DNA of 64,000 bases, taken from Laetmonice hystrix. Taxonomy: Eukaryota. The stretch lies in NCBI GenBank assembly GCA_965235115.1, contig OZ249436.1, positions 15,874,001-15,938,000 of the forward strand. Direction: 5' to 3'. Under the pieces are notes generated by a model. It saw only the letters and a program-made list of their open reading frames with translations. It did no database searches and was not told the origin of the DNA. The translations under genes and the position numbers were made by a program. Shown one piece after another: positions 38,967 to 62,300 of this stretch; the stretch's first letter is position 1, and every line of letters begins with the position of its first letter.

Positions 38967-39699
38967 CATGGTTAAAAACAATTTGGCTTTCCACTAAGTA
39001 TTACATATAATAGCTCTCCACCTTAGGATGGTAAGTATCAGTCTCCAAAGCAATACTTACCTATATACAGCCTCATTTAGTATAAAATTCCTGAGCAAAA
39101 AGTATAGCTCTACAACTTGAGGGAATTATATTTAATTATGTTAACAGTATTACAAGTGGCATATATATATTTCGCCAACAGTAAATATGCAATCACTTGG
39201 ATGGGATCACTGAATCAGTTTCAACCAATGTTTACATGCCACGTAACAAGTCTCTCTAAACCTCTTGTATAAATAGACTTTACCACATCAACATCATCGA
39301 TATCTCCAATACTGGTACATAATATTTGGATATATTAGATTCTACCAACATCAACAAACAGACAATAACCACCATACCAAACATGTCAATTTCTGACTGT
39401 TTCAATAGTCAATGATATGGCACATGTAAAGTGCCCTTCAAGGGGCACCGCATACCACAAATGTGACATTGTACAAAATCACAGAGGGCTCTGGTTGACA
39501 TATTTAAACCCGACATAAACCCCCAAAATTAATTAAAGACCTCGATATGTTTAAACACAGGCTCTCATCACTTTAATTGATAGGATCATTGGTATAGACA
39601 GACCACACCATTTTCTAGCATTGATCACAACAGATTTTCCACCTAAATATGAGAACACCATAACTAGTAAATGGGTGTCAAGGCTCTGGGTGATGCAGG

Positions 39700-50817
<11,118 letters not shown>

Positions 50818-50960
50818 GTCTTTCTTTCTCCCCGAGGCACCGCCCGCCCTTCGCCGGTTTACGGGTTGAAACTGGTTACGCCACCTGGCGGCGATAGCTC
50901 ACTCAAAGTTGTCTGGCTTGCCGCCTAGATGCAGGCCCAACAGGTTCCCGAGCCGAGGGC
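50818..50960 (-). promoter_or_regulatory. CpG-rich GALT promoter/5'UTR region
   Basis: GC-box-like CCGCCCGCCC near 50840 and CTCF-like CCGCCAGGTGGCGT (minus strand, 50878-50891) just upstream of the ATG. Confidence 0.55.
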
Positions 50961-52675
50961 AGAAAACTATTTTCGAATTAAAACTATTAAGAGGACTAAA
51001 GCAAAATTACCGAGGACCACCAACAGTCAGAGCTAAAAGTATTCAATATCAACACTTCCCCATAAGTGTGTGATCGTTTGTCCATAAAAAAAACAACCTG
51101 ACCCCCGCCTGTCACTCTTTACACCAGACGGCAGCACTGAGGCGCCGACAGTTCCAACATGACCAAGTACCTGCCGTCTGGTGTTGTACACGGAAGCTTG
51201 AAATCGCACCCCCCCCCCCCCCCCCTCCATATTATGCCGACATTATGGGTGATCGGCAAGTTTTTTCTTTTTTTTGGGGGGGGGGGGGGGGGGGAAAGAG
51301 TTATTTTCTTGTTATTTTGTTTTAGGTATTTTAGGGTGAAATAGATTTATCCTTGAAGGTAACTTTATCGCAGCTGCACAGGAATATATTATATTTCCGT
51401 CTATCATACTGCCCTGAAAAATGTTTCCGAACTCCTTTTGGAAATAAATAAAAATCACCAGGCAAAAACTTCAGAACCCCCCCCCCCCCCGATATCATGT
51501 GACCCCATGTGGTGTAAAAGTTAATTTAAGAGTTAATTTTCTGTATGAAATGTGGAAAGAAAGTGACCACCTCTTGACATTAAGTAACATGTGAAGTAAT
51601 TCGATGTCACAATTAAATAATGCGTTAAAGACCACGGTTTTATTACATAATAATTATATTCATAGCATTGAGAAGTTATCGACTGCACTTGACAAGAAAC
51701 AATATCAATCTTGTTCCAGGAATGTTTATAAAGCAGTATTCAGTACAAATTTCTGCAACCTTCACAAAGGTACGACAGATTTCATCACAAGTTTATTTCC
51801 CCTGCATCATTCCCCTGTGTCAGAGCTGTGTGATTTTCCACTGCTTCTGTAACTGGCCCAAAATCAAAGTTCGAACTTTGTAAAGTTCTGTGCACTATAT
51901 TAACGCTGTTCATTGACCATCGTCATTTTTAACTATTTTGCACTGTCTTTCTTCTTTTATCATGGCCTATCGTGGTTAGGAGATCACATTGAACCCATGT
52001 GACATTCAGGCAGCAACTGTCAAAAGAGGTGAAGTGTAAAGATGATGAACCACTACTGTAACACTCCCTGATTGGCTCTTAATTGTACTTTGTAATCCAG
52101 GTATCCTTCAGAATGGAATCTCGCTCTCTGTTGCAGGCATCTATTCGAGGATAGGAAGTCTTGGTAGAATGTAATGACACTAGGAAGGGGATTCCAAGCT
52201 GCAATATTTGTGGACGATGGTAATTCTGGTAAGTCATCAGTTGACTGGGGGCGTCATCTTGGCTTGGAACTGGTGTCCACTCTACTTTCAAGCACCATAA
52301 TGTTTTCCTTGAAATATATGAAACAAAATCAACATGATTAAAAAACACTGAAGTCTGATAGCATGACAATCTTTTAAACACTTAAGTCGAGGTTCAAGCT
52401 GTATCACATTACATCTTTAGCATAAGAGAAATTGATATTTTCACTTCTAAAGTTGAGTGGAAATACCACTATCAGGAGGTACACTTGTTTCATTGCAAAG
52501 AGTTAGAATGAGTGAATTAGCCCACACCTCATGATGCACTTTGGCGAATACCTGATCTTCTTTCTCGTGGCCTGGTCCTTGTCGGAGTTGTCCTGGCCCT
52601 TGTTGCATCCCTGCTGCAACTGTCACTCAGGGTGAGCTTTTTGTTTCAGGCCTGGCTTTGTTAGCTTGTGATGGG

Positions 52676-53850
52676 AAAGTGAATGAGTAATGGTGATTTT
52701 ACACCATGTAACCATCTTCAGGTCAAAAACAAAGTGGATGACGGGACCTATTGTCTCCCGGGTCCCACGGTACTGGTAATGAAACTGTTCTAACATTGGA
52801 AGAGGGTGATGATGATGATGATATAATGGCAGAGATGATGATGATGATAATGTTGATTTTACACCGTGCTGGCATACAGGCTGTCTTCAGACGTGGTGTT
52901 GGACTGGTGGTTTTAGGCCTACATCCTGCTGGCAACTATTGGCCATCTTCAGGACGAGAACAGGCTCATTTCATTTCTTAGTTCATTTAGATTGAGGATG
53001 ATGTTGATACAGGAGAAACCTGCACACTGGTGTTTATGCCATACTCTTGTTCTTTAACATTCATTGACACAGCGTTACACACCCAGGCCCTGATAACCTT
53101 GGCGGGTCACTGAGGAAGGAAAGGATACCAGTCTGTCAGTCAAGGCACAAGCCTGGCGTCTTCCAGGTTTAAACAAGTTTAAAGAACTAGAAACCCTGGC
53201 TCCCAAGTTCCCATAGAAAATAGAAGTGCAGATATGGCAATAGAAGTGCAGATCAGGGAAGAGGACATCCTGTGAATCAGGCACGAAGCATGCATTTAAC
53301 TTCTTGTTCTATACTGGCAGAAGGATCCAGAGAAAGCATAGAGCACTAATGAGTCACCAAAGGGGCCAGACTAGACCAGAAACAAGGAGTGTCGCCCTAG
53401 GATCTGGAGGTAAACATTCAGTATCAGGACAATGACGAAACGGCAACTTAAAAATCCAGCCAAGCGAAGAGACCCATTATTTCCTGGATTCCTGCAGAAC
53501 AGTGATAAAAATCAGTCAGAGCCTACTATTCCCCGGGCCTCGTGGGGACATCACTGCCAGGAATGTCAACATCAGTGAATGAGTGAGCCAATTCACTGAA
53601 TTAGGCGTTTTACACCCTGTCGGCATTACTTCAGCCATACTCAGGGTGAGAATATGTTTCAAACATGACCAGTCATATTGTACCCCAGGGTCACAAGGGG
53701 TTCTGAGTTTATGATGAGGTTAAATGTCCATGAAGAATGAATAGTGGCCTACTAAAAAGTGTTGCGACTGACATTCTTCATTACAGTATGAGGCGAGCAA
53801 CATATGATTCAGACTGGTGGTTTTACACCTTGTCACCTTACCCCAGAGAA
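52676..53850 (-). mobile_element. Cluster of decayed SINE-like fragments
   Basis: Several minus-strand GGTGTAAAA tail motifs (near 52705, 52865, 53615, 53825), followed by ACTCATTCACT or (CAT)n in three cases, resemble the tail of the 37953-38103 retroposon. Related head motifs occur at about 52743-52770, 53520-53548 and 53680-53700. Confidence 0.4.
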
Positions 53851-54513
53851 TGTTACTCAACAATCTGACAAGTACAAACCTCATGAACCATATTCAAAAA
53901 TGAGAAATGCAGTGAGGCAAATAATTAACCATGAAATTCTCATTGAGGTAAAGAAACTTAGGTATACAGTATTATAATATCCTACTCTGAGGACTGGTGA
54001 TTGCACTCTCCAATAGACCTTGCGAGTCCTCTATCTCATGCCATGGCAGTCAATACTTGGGACTTTGCTTCAAAAGCATTTCATTTTGGCATCATTTGAA
54101 AATCCCACAAGGACAGCTAGGCCTATAGTTACCAGTGCTGATATATGCTTTGACATAATCAAATGTAAAAGAAATCAAAAAGGTTTACAGCCTGTCAGCA
54201 ACTTAAGCTTTAGTATAGGCCATCCTTAGGGGAAGAATACATTCTGTAACTTTGTAACTTATTTCATAAATTGTCAAAGAGGACCAAGGTACCACCAGGG
54301 CTGATATAGTACTTGTATTTATAATAGCTGCCAGGTACAAAGTTAAAGTAGATGTTTATAGAAATCCATGGCTGGGCAGAAGTCGAGACCAAACCAGAGG
54401 CCTGCCCCACAGCCCTGTGAGGCAGGCAAGACCTGAGGATTCACACTGGCAGGACCAATAATCAATCTGATGCCTCACCTGCCCTTGTCTTTTAAACATG
54501 GAAGGCATGCCTT

Positions 54514-54690
54514 CTGGGGTGTGTTTCACTAAGCCCAAAAGACATCTTTGAAATGGTCCCTGAGTCAAGGAGGCCTTTGCAGCGACGGGTGTTTCCCTAT
54601 GACTAACCATCATTAACATTGGCCCCACAAAGACATCTTTTTAAAGACGTCTTTCCTAATGACGCCTTTCGATAGTGAAACACACCCCAG
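54514..54690. mobile_element. PIF/Harbinger-like MITE, 177 bp
   Basis: Perfect 18-bp inverted repeat CTGGGGTGTGTTTCACTA; internal AAAGACATCTTT / AAAGACGTCTTT repeats; a related left end CTGGGGCTCGTTTCACTAAG occurs at about 50020. Confidence 0.8.
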
Positions 54691-55131
54691 AGATTTTAAA
54701 TTTATGTGGTTTATGGTGTGCCTCATTGTTGGTCATATTGTAGTCTAATGACAGTTAATGACATACTTCACTTGCATTACAAAAAAGGGTTACATTTTTC
54801 AAGTACGGTACTGGTTGTACTAGTCTACGGTGACAGGCCTAAAGAAGCCATAACCTCAAAAATAATTTACTAGGGCTACTAGTAGTTACTTGGTTATGAT
54901 TAAAAAATATAGATCCTATTGTACTATTGATACTTGGAGGAATATAAATTATAATTACCCAAATTAAACTAAGTGACTGTAAATGTAATGCCATGCCCGT
55001 GATGGCGCCCATGGCCCATGACCATGCCATGCAGGTGATTGCGAGAATGAATGTCGGAAAAAGGTAATTAACCGTCAGGTGGTCTAGAAACGTCATTTGC
55101 CAGGCAAGCTTAGCCCTCGTGCCCTGCCCTG

Positions 55132-55486
55132 CCGGTGTCGCGGTCTGTTTTCTCCGTGGTCTGAAATCTCCGGGAGGTGGGCTGCAGAGTCGTGCATATT
55201 TGTATCATTCTCGGTAAACTATCCGAAATATCAGGTTGGGATGGAGTCTCACGTAATAACCCTTTTCTCCTCCGTCAGTTTGGGTCCACAATTTGCCTAC
55301 CCAGGCTGTCGTTTATTACTGTTTGGAAGAAAACTCCAGCGCCCATTAGCTAGCAGACGACCGGAGGTGTGAGCCCAAACTGTGACACGTGCTTCACGCT
55401 CACCCCGTCTGGGTCGGCCTCTAAACAATAGGAAACCATGCTCCCGGAGATTACAGACCGCCGGAGAAAACAGACCGCGACACCGG
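55132..55486. mobile_element. MITE with long TIRs, 355 bp
   Basis: About 45-bp inverted repeat CCGGTGTCGCGGTCTGTTTTCTCCG...GGTCTG.AATCTCCGGGAG, first 25 bp perfect; right flank TA, left flank TG. Confidence 0.8.
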
Positions 55487-56992
55487 TACCGCCCTGCCAC
55501 CCCCCATCGTATACGGTATAGTGACGGAGGGCACAACACTGACTCAGCAGTCTGCACCTCACTCAGTGTCATCGACAAACTGACTCAAACACTGAGGCCC
55601 CCACTCACCAAGCCAACATATATGTGGATCTACAAGTAGGAAGAGATCGATGAGAGGGTAACACGTACTGCCATTGCCACAGGTAGGACTCACTCAGTAA
55701 CATTATCACGAGTAGTACGATGTAGTCGGAACCACACCGCCAGGGCCGCAGGGCGAGGCAAAGCGAGGCACGCAGACTCAGTTGAAAACAAAGAACATGA
55801 TGATCGATCACCGTCTTCAACGGACAACCTATTCTAGCCTAGGTCCTTGAACCGATTAAATATTAACCGCATCATCTCGAATCTATTCAATGCTCTCCAA
55901 TCACACTGACAGTCTGTGGCTTAACTCCCAAAATAACGCATAGGTCTGTGAATAAAAATGTCAAGATGTGTGCCGAACAATCATGGCCGGCTTCTCGCAT
56001 ATCGACCTTGACCTTTGGTCTATGGCCCCGTGCAGCCCTCTGGCGGGGGAAATGGGTGCAGCCCTCTGGCGGGAAATGGGCGCAGCCCTCTGGTGGGAAT
56101 GAACGCCACCCATCGGTTGGGTGGGGCGTCAAAGCAATTAAGTGATTAAAATTTCTCAATCAAATACTATAGGCCTATAGCCAATGCCTGGAAATTTGTC
56201 ACCATTATTCTATTTCCTATATGTTGACTAATTTAAGGGGGCAATAATTAACTTACAAGTCAACAGAAGAGCATGGGTAGATTTCTAGGGCCTAACAATG
56301 GTGGATCGAGGGGCGAAGGGGGTGCGCACCCTCACCCGCTTCGGGTCCAAAAAATAGGCTAGGCCGGCGCGGATTTATCGCGCGACTTTGATAAGGTAGG
56401 CCGTATGCATCCTTCCTCGGACCTCCAGTTATTGTTAAATTGAGTGAAATGAAAATGGATAAACAATTATCAAGAGACCTGATAAAAATTAATAGATCTA
56501 GGCCTACCACTAAAACTTCCTCAGTTGAAGGAATTTCGAGCAGAATCTTGAAAGATTCATGGTCGTCATCGATCAAGTAGGCTATATTTTTTGTTTTTAT
56601 TATCCCTGAACAAGGGGCATGTCCTCAGTAAATGGCGGGAAAAGACAATATATTTTAGGCCTAGATGTTTCTCATTTAGATCTAGGCGGATACGCCCTTT
56701 CACTGTTACCCTAATCAGGCAAATTATTGGAAAGGATACGTCCAAATTACGCTCATTGATTTCTCAGAAAACAATACTATCTAGGCTAATAATCAAGGTG
56801 GATGTAGGACGGGACGCTCCACTATTCACAGACGATATCATACGTCAGAGAAATGTCAGCAAACAAACGCAATAGCTGTTTATCGATCTAAAAAAAGGAT
56901 TTGACTGCATATAGATCGTTCGAGTTTATTGAGGAAAATGTCACACTATTATGGTAGGCCTATTGTGTTGGGGTTGATTTCTCGTGTGTGTA

Positions 56993-58599
56993 GGGGAAAG
57001 TGGGGCAAAATGGAACCATGGGGCAAAGTGGAATTTGTTTAGATCTATACCTTGGAGGTGCTGCCGCCTTGCGACGTTTTGTGTAATTATAGAGTCTAGC
57101 CACCAGGGCATGACGTCAAAATATCCAGGTCGGACGTACAACGTGGCAGGATATTGAGAGGCACAAATAATTTTGACCCTTCTGATATAGGGTAAGCACA
57201 TTTTCTGAGGTCGGTAGTTCCAATTATGATCAGAGATTTCGAAAAACCTAACCTTGCCTGTGAAGATAATGTTTCAGTTAGCCTAATCAAAGAATATGAT
57301 CGACAGCTTCCCAGCCGATTTCTGGCTGCGGAGTCCCAGTCGACTAAAATGACCTTGAGGCAAAATGGTCCATTATGAGATGGGGCAGAATGGACCCGTG
57401 TTCCATTATGCCCCGCCTGCCCAGGTATTTAGTTTGCAAAGATTCAAATCTTAAGACGGAACTCTTGTTTCAGAGCTTCTGATTGATCCTTCAAATGAAG
57501 TCAACCAGTGAGAGACCATAACACAAGTCAGTCTTAAAATTCCAGTCTTAAGATTGGTAAAATGACGAACTAAAAACCAGGCCCAGGTGTTCCATTTTGC
57601 CCCGCCTGCTGATTATTATCATTCCATTAGGCCAAAAGTAATCTCGAAAATATTTTCTTTAATAATTATCCAATTCTCCTGTCAGAAGGGAAATGGGATG
57701 TTGACTTTTGATTGTTTTACACTTAGGCCTACACTGTTACTAGCCTTAGCCTTAGGGGCCAACCATTTAACTTTATGGGGGGGGGGGGGGGGTAGGAAGA
57801 TTTGGTTTAGAAGAATATTTTTTTCGCACAATTTCAGAGCCAGAAAATTTCTTTCTATTTTCTGGTATATTTCTTTCAACCATAGAAGGAGCCAGATTAT
57901 GTTTCTCGAAGAAATTGGAGCCGAAATTTATTCATAAAATCTCTCCCCCCCCCCTGCAATCGAAACCCCCGTCCTGTTGATCTTAGATGGACACTCCGCC
58001 CACTTACATCCAACGGCTGCATGTTTTATGAAGCCAGTCTCAACATATTACGATCAAGAGTTGGAAAAATGGCTTTGGAGTTAACTTATATAGATAGAAG
58101 TTTAGGCCTATTCAGAACTAGTGTTCATTAAAAGGACTATGGTGTAGAAAATCTAAACACAATTTTATTTTTTTCCATTCTGAGGTTTTCTTCATCTAAA
58201 AGGTATGAAGACGGTTCTGCATGATCAATAACTAAGTTAGTGAATGGTGAATTAAACCATTTTGAATATTGTTGTCTGTCAAAACCATTTGTTTTCATTA
58301 AGACCTCGGTATTCTTTTATAGATTTAGATCTAGCTGGGGCAAAACGGAACAGGGGGTTCCATATTGCCCCATAGGGGGGTGCCATATTACCCGACCCAT
58401 GGGGCAAAGTGGTCCTCTGCCAGAAAAAAATATTTTGTCCATTATATCAGGAAGTTGATAGGTATGGTACTCTTCATCATTATTATTCTAAAGATGACGT
58501 AAGCATGTATTGGATCCGTGGATATGAGGATCCTGAGTGTAAGCACAAATGCGTTACAAAGTGTCAAAATTAATGGTTCCGTTATGCCCCACCTTCCCC
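56993..58599. mobile_element. TA-flanked non-autonomous DNA transposon, 1607 bp
   Basis: TIR GGGGAAAGTGGGGCAAAATGGAACCAT / GGGGAAGGTGGGGCATAACGGAACCAT (24 of 27); TA on both sides; internal copies of the GGGGCAAAATGGAAC motif in both orientations. Confidence 0.85.
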
Positions 58600-59102
58600 T
58601 ATTTCGTAGTTTGCGTGGTAGTTGTTGTGGTGAGAGTGAGATGTTATTCTCTAGCGCGCGGTAGCTTAGATGTTAAGTTATACTGTTAAGACTAGTCGTT
58701 CTCCACCGTAAAGTTCAATGTAAAGGGAAGCTATAGCTGGGGTAGCAAAGCGCTCTCGCTGGCGTTGAGAGGCTACACACACCAAGTCCCTAACACTTGC
58801 ATTGAAGTGAATCCAATGTCCACGCTTTATTCCAATTCCTAGTGAGGAACGGAGTATTGCTGATTCAGTATAGCTAAATCCTCTCCATACCTGACCCCGG
58901 CTGACACCAGTTTCAGGCATATCGAGGCGCGCACTTCACACCGCTCTCCCAGCGGCACATCTCCCGCCATAATTTGGTAGACAACCTACCATCAACCCGT
59001 GTAGTTGCATAGGCCTACTGCGTCACCTCCTGCGTGTGCACTCTCTGCATGTGCTTGTTCACGTGCTTCGTTTAGTTGTAATAATAATTAGGCGGAATAT
59101 CT

Positions 59103-59108
59103 TTTATT
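59103..59108 (-). terminator. Candidate polyadenylation signal of the ALDH2-like gene
   Basis: AATAAA on the minus strand about 245 nt after the stop codon. Confidence 0.55.
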
Positions 59109-59352
59109 TACGTTGTATTTTGGTTCGAAATTAACGTTACATTGGAACGTTTGAAATGTTATAGATTAACACACCTTTTTTTAATGCGGTTACGCGGTAG
59201 CTTCAACATCAAACGTTAATATAAATGTATATACTGTAACATTATTGTTCACTTGCTATCTGGCCAATAATAACCGTACTTCTTGCTATAAAGGCGATGT
59301 CTGGCTGCACTGCTGTACGATGACACGGCTCACAGCTTTACCACTGGTGTCT

Positions 59353-62300
59353 TTAAGAATTCTTCTGTGGTATCTTCATGGTGACCTGCACATAATAGAT
59401 AGGCCTACATATAGTCTTAAGCCAATAGGCCTAATCATTTAAATTCCATTATCTTGTCAAATAAAAGAATGATAAGTGTTTTCGGCATCAACTTAATCCG
59501 CAACACTCAGGCTATCCTCAATATTAGGTATCTTTACTTCATATCCAGAACAGCTCAAGACAATTAAATCCTGTTCCTCAGTTTTTAAATATGCATGTAA
59601 TTTTTAGTGTGAACCGAAGTGCTAGAGTCCCCCACCGTTTTGACCTCAGTGTAAGCCTCCAGCCCGTACTCTCCTAACTCACGCCCGTTACCGGACATCT
59701 TGTAACCGCCAAATGGAGCTGCAGCGCTGAATGCGTCATAACAATTGACCCTGTAAAAGGTCATAAACAGGTCCGTACATTGAAAGCCACATTCAAAGCC
59801 ACATCAACGCCAGGCGGCCAGAAGAAGCCATTCGAAATGATACGTGAAGCATGATGCAGTGTTGGGAAATCCACCACTGTAATAACTCAACTTATGACGT
59901 TACAATGTTATTGAAGTGCAGACCAGAAAAGTCACTGGATTGGAACAATTTGGCTTTTCGATAATGAAGTGGGATTGTCACACTTAACTGCCAGAACTTT
60001 GTGAGCTTACCAGACTGTCCCCGCGCGGACGCCATGAGAGATTTGCATGGCACGATCAAGGTTGGTGGTAAAGACAGCTGCTGCCAGACCATACACAGTC
60101 TTTGCTGCTCTTTCCAACACTTCTTCTGTCGTTTTGAACTTCAGGATCTGCATCACTGGTCCGAAAATCTGGAGGAACACCAATCGTCGCAAAATATTTT
60201 AAAGGCATACAGAATATAGTGTAGGAGTATACTTATGATTTAGGACTATCCTATGAAAAAATATACCAGACAATTTCCTTCAACCTGCAGCTGAATCTAG
60301 CACGAAAAACGTAAGTTAAATCTGAAGATTTCTCGAACAGCAATGTCTTCTTTACGCAAATTTAGATGCATCTAGTTAATAAAAAATCACATTCTAGATG
60401 CGGTAGTAAACAAGCATAATCAATTATCTTGACACTCGCCTCCTCATTCGCAATAACCATGTTGTCCTGGACGTCGGAGAAAACTGTTGGTTGGATGAAA
60501 TAACCACGGTCACCTACGGCATTGCCGCCCACACACAGTTTGGCGCCTTCTTTCTTTCCTTGATCAATGAATCCAAGTACCTTGTCGAACTGCTCCTTAC
60601 TCACCTGAAAACCATCCAAATACGTACCATGATGGGTTTGGCAGATATAGTAACCAATGCTAACATTAACATTGTGCCTAGAGTTTTTGGCCCTTTAGTC
60701 CATAGATGCTCAATCTAAGAAAAAGAACGTAAATGTCAGGCACGACAAAAGTTACTTCATACAAATGTATTTTCATGGCAGTAATTATCGACGAATAGAC
60801 TAATGCCTTTTTCCGCCGCCAAATTAATAATTAGCCTACAGTACAATTTGGCTGCGTTGACATTTGAGTAGTTACCTGCGGGCCCTGTTCATTCCTGGCA
60901 TCAAACGGATCACCAACTGTACGAGTTTTGGCCCGTTCCACACTTCGTTCCACAAATTCGTCATAAATCTGTTCCTCGACAAAGATGCGAGTTCCAGCAC
61001 AACAACATTGGCCCTGGTTGAAGAAGAGGCCAAAGTGGGCCATCTCGATCGCGTGGTCCACTGACAGACACAAAGAAGTTTGTTCACATCGTCATAACGT
61101 TTATATCGGACCTAGGCCTACACTCTTGCGCTGCGCCTCAACAAGGCGCAATGTTGCTGGTTTGGGTACGTTTGGTGGTAAACAACTGCTTCAGTATAGC
61201 CTACTTACGGTACCAAAGATCAAACTCTAGCTAGGGTATAGCGAAAGAACTGGATAGAAGATTCATTAGTTCATGAGGTTCATTAGTTCATCAGTGCACT
61301 GTACGCGGTACTTACGGTCGGCATCGGCCAACACAATGTTTGGACTTTTCCCTCCGAGCTCCAAGGTCACCTTCTTCAGATTAGAGTTTGCCGCCATATT
61401 TGCAATACGTTGGCCAGACTGACAAAAAGAGGTTACAAAAAGTATAGAAAACGCAAACTCGTTACAGCATCATCAAGGTGAGATGATGCTAAATTTTATA
61501 ACTTTAAAACTTTAGATTCGAACTATTTCGTGCCTCTTTCGGTACTTGTATCGAAGAGTTCTGTATGGGTAGATTGCCTTGGGTTGCCTACCTCAGTTGA
61601 ACCAGTAAAGGCCACTTTATCTACATCCATGTGCTCTACCAGTGATGCTCCGGCTGTCGACCCAAAGCCAGGGACGATGTTGACCACACCAGGTGGGAAT
61701 CCAGCCTAAATACACCAACAATTACACTATAAATTCATGTAGGCCTAACACCTCAAATATATACTATAAATCATATATCAGGGTGGGATGCAGGGGGGTC
61801 CGGAGGCCCGGCCCTCCCCTCGACCATAAATGCCTGAAAGTGTGGAGTGAACAGCCGAGGGCCCAAAAATCCATAGGAATAAGTTTCTGAGTGGCTATTT
61901 TTCCTAATTGTCTGTGGAAGGACTCCCAGACCCCGCCTTCGGCGCTTGTAAGTTGTGCTTGTCCCCCCCCCCTTAGATTTTCTGGATCAACCCCTGTATT
62001 ATTCTCCGCGATTGGACGCAATAACGATACATAAAGAGTAAGCTGAACCTTCAAGATTCATTTTTTCCACATTTCTCCCAGAAACTATTGACTCACCTCT
62101 GCAGCAAGAGATGCCACATAGAGAGCGGTGAGAGTGGTCTGTTGAGCAGGTTTCATCACCACAGTATTGCCTAGAGCTAAGGCAGGGCTAAACTTCCAGG
62201 ATTGCATCAGCAGGGGGAAGTTCCACTGTAGTTTAAAACATGTCTCACATTATTAACTCTGATCGTACACCACTTGGTCTTCTCTGGAAATACTTGCATT

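Noticed and set aside
52056..52680. In-frame TGA codons in the minus-strand exon-like segments read as selenocysteine
   Set aside because: No redox motif or SECIS element was recognised; contexts such as PR*RP fit CGA-to-TGA decay or non-coding sequence better.
52751..52981. ORF with poly-Asp and poly-Met
   Set aside because: Produced by (GAT)n microsatellites that look like retroposon tails.
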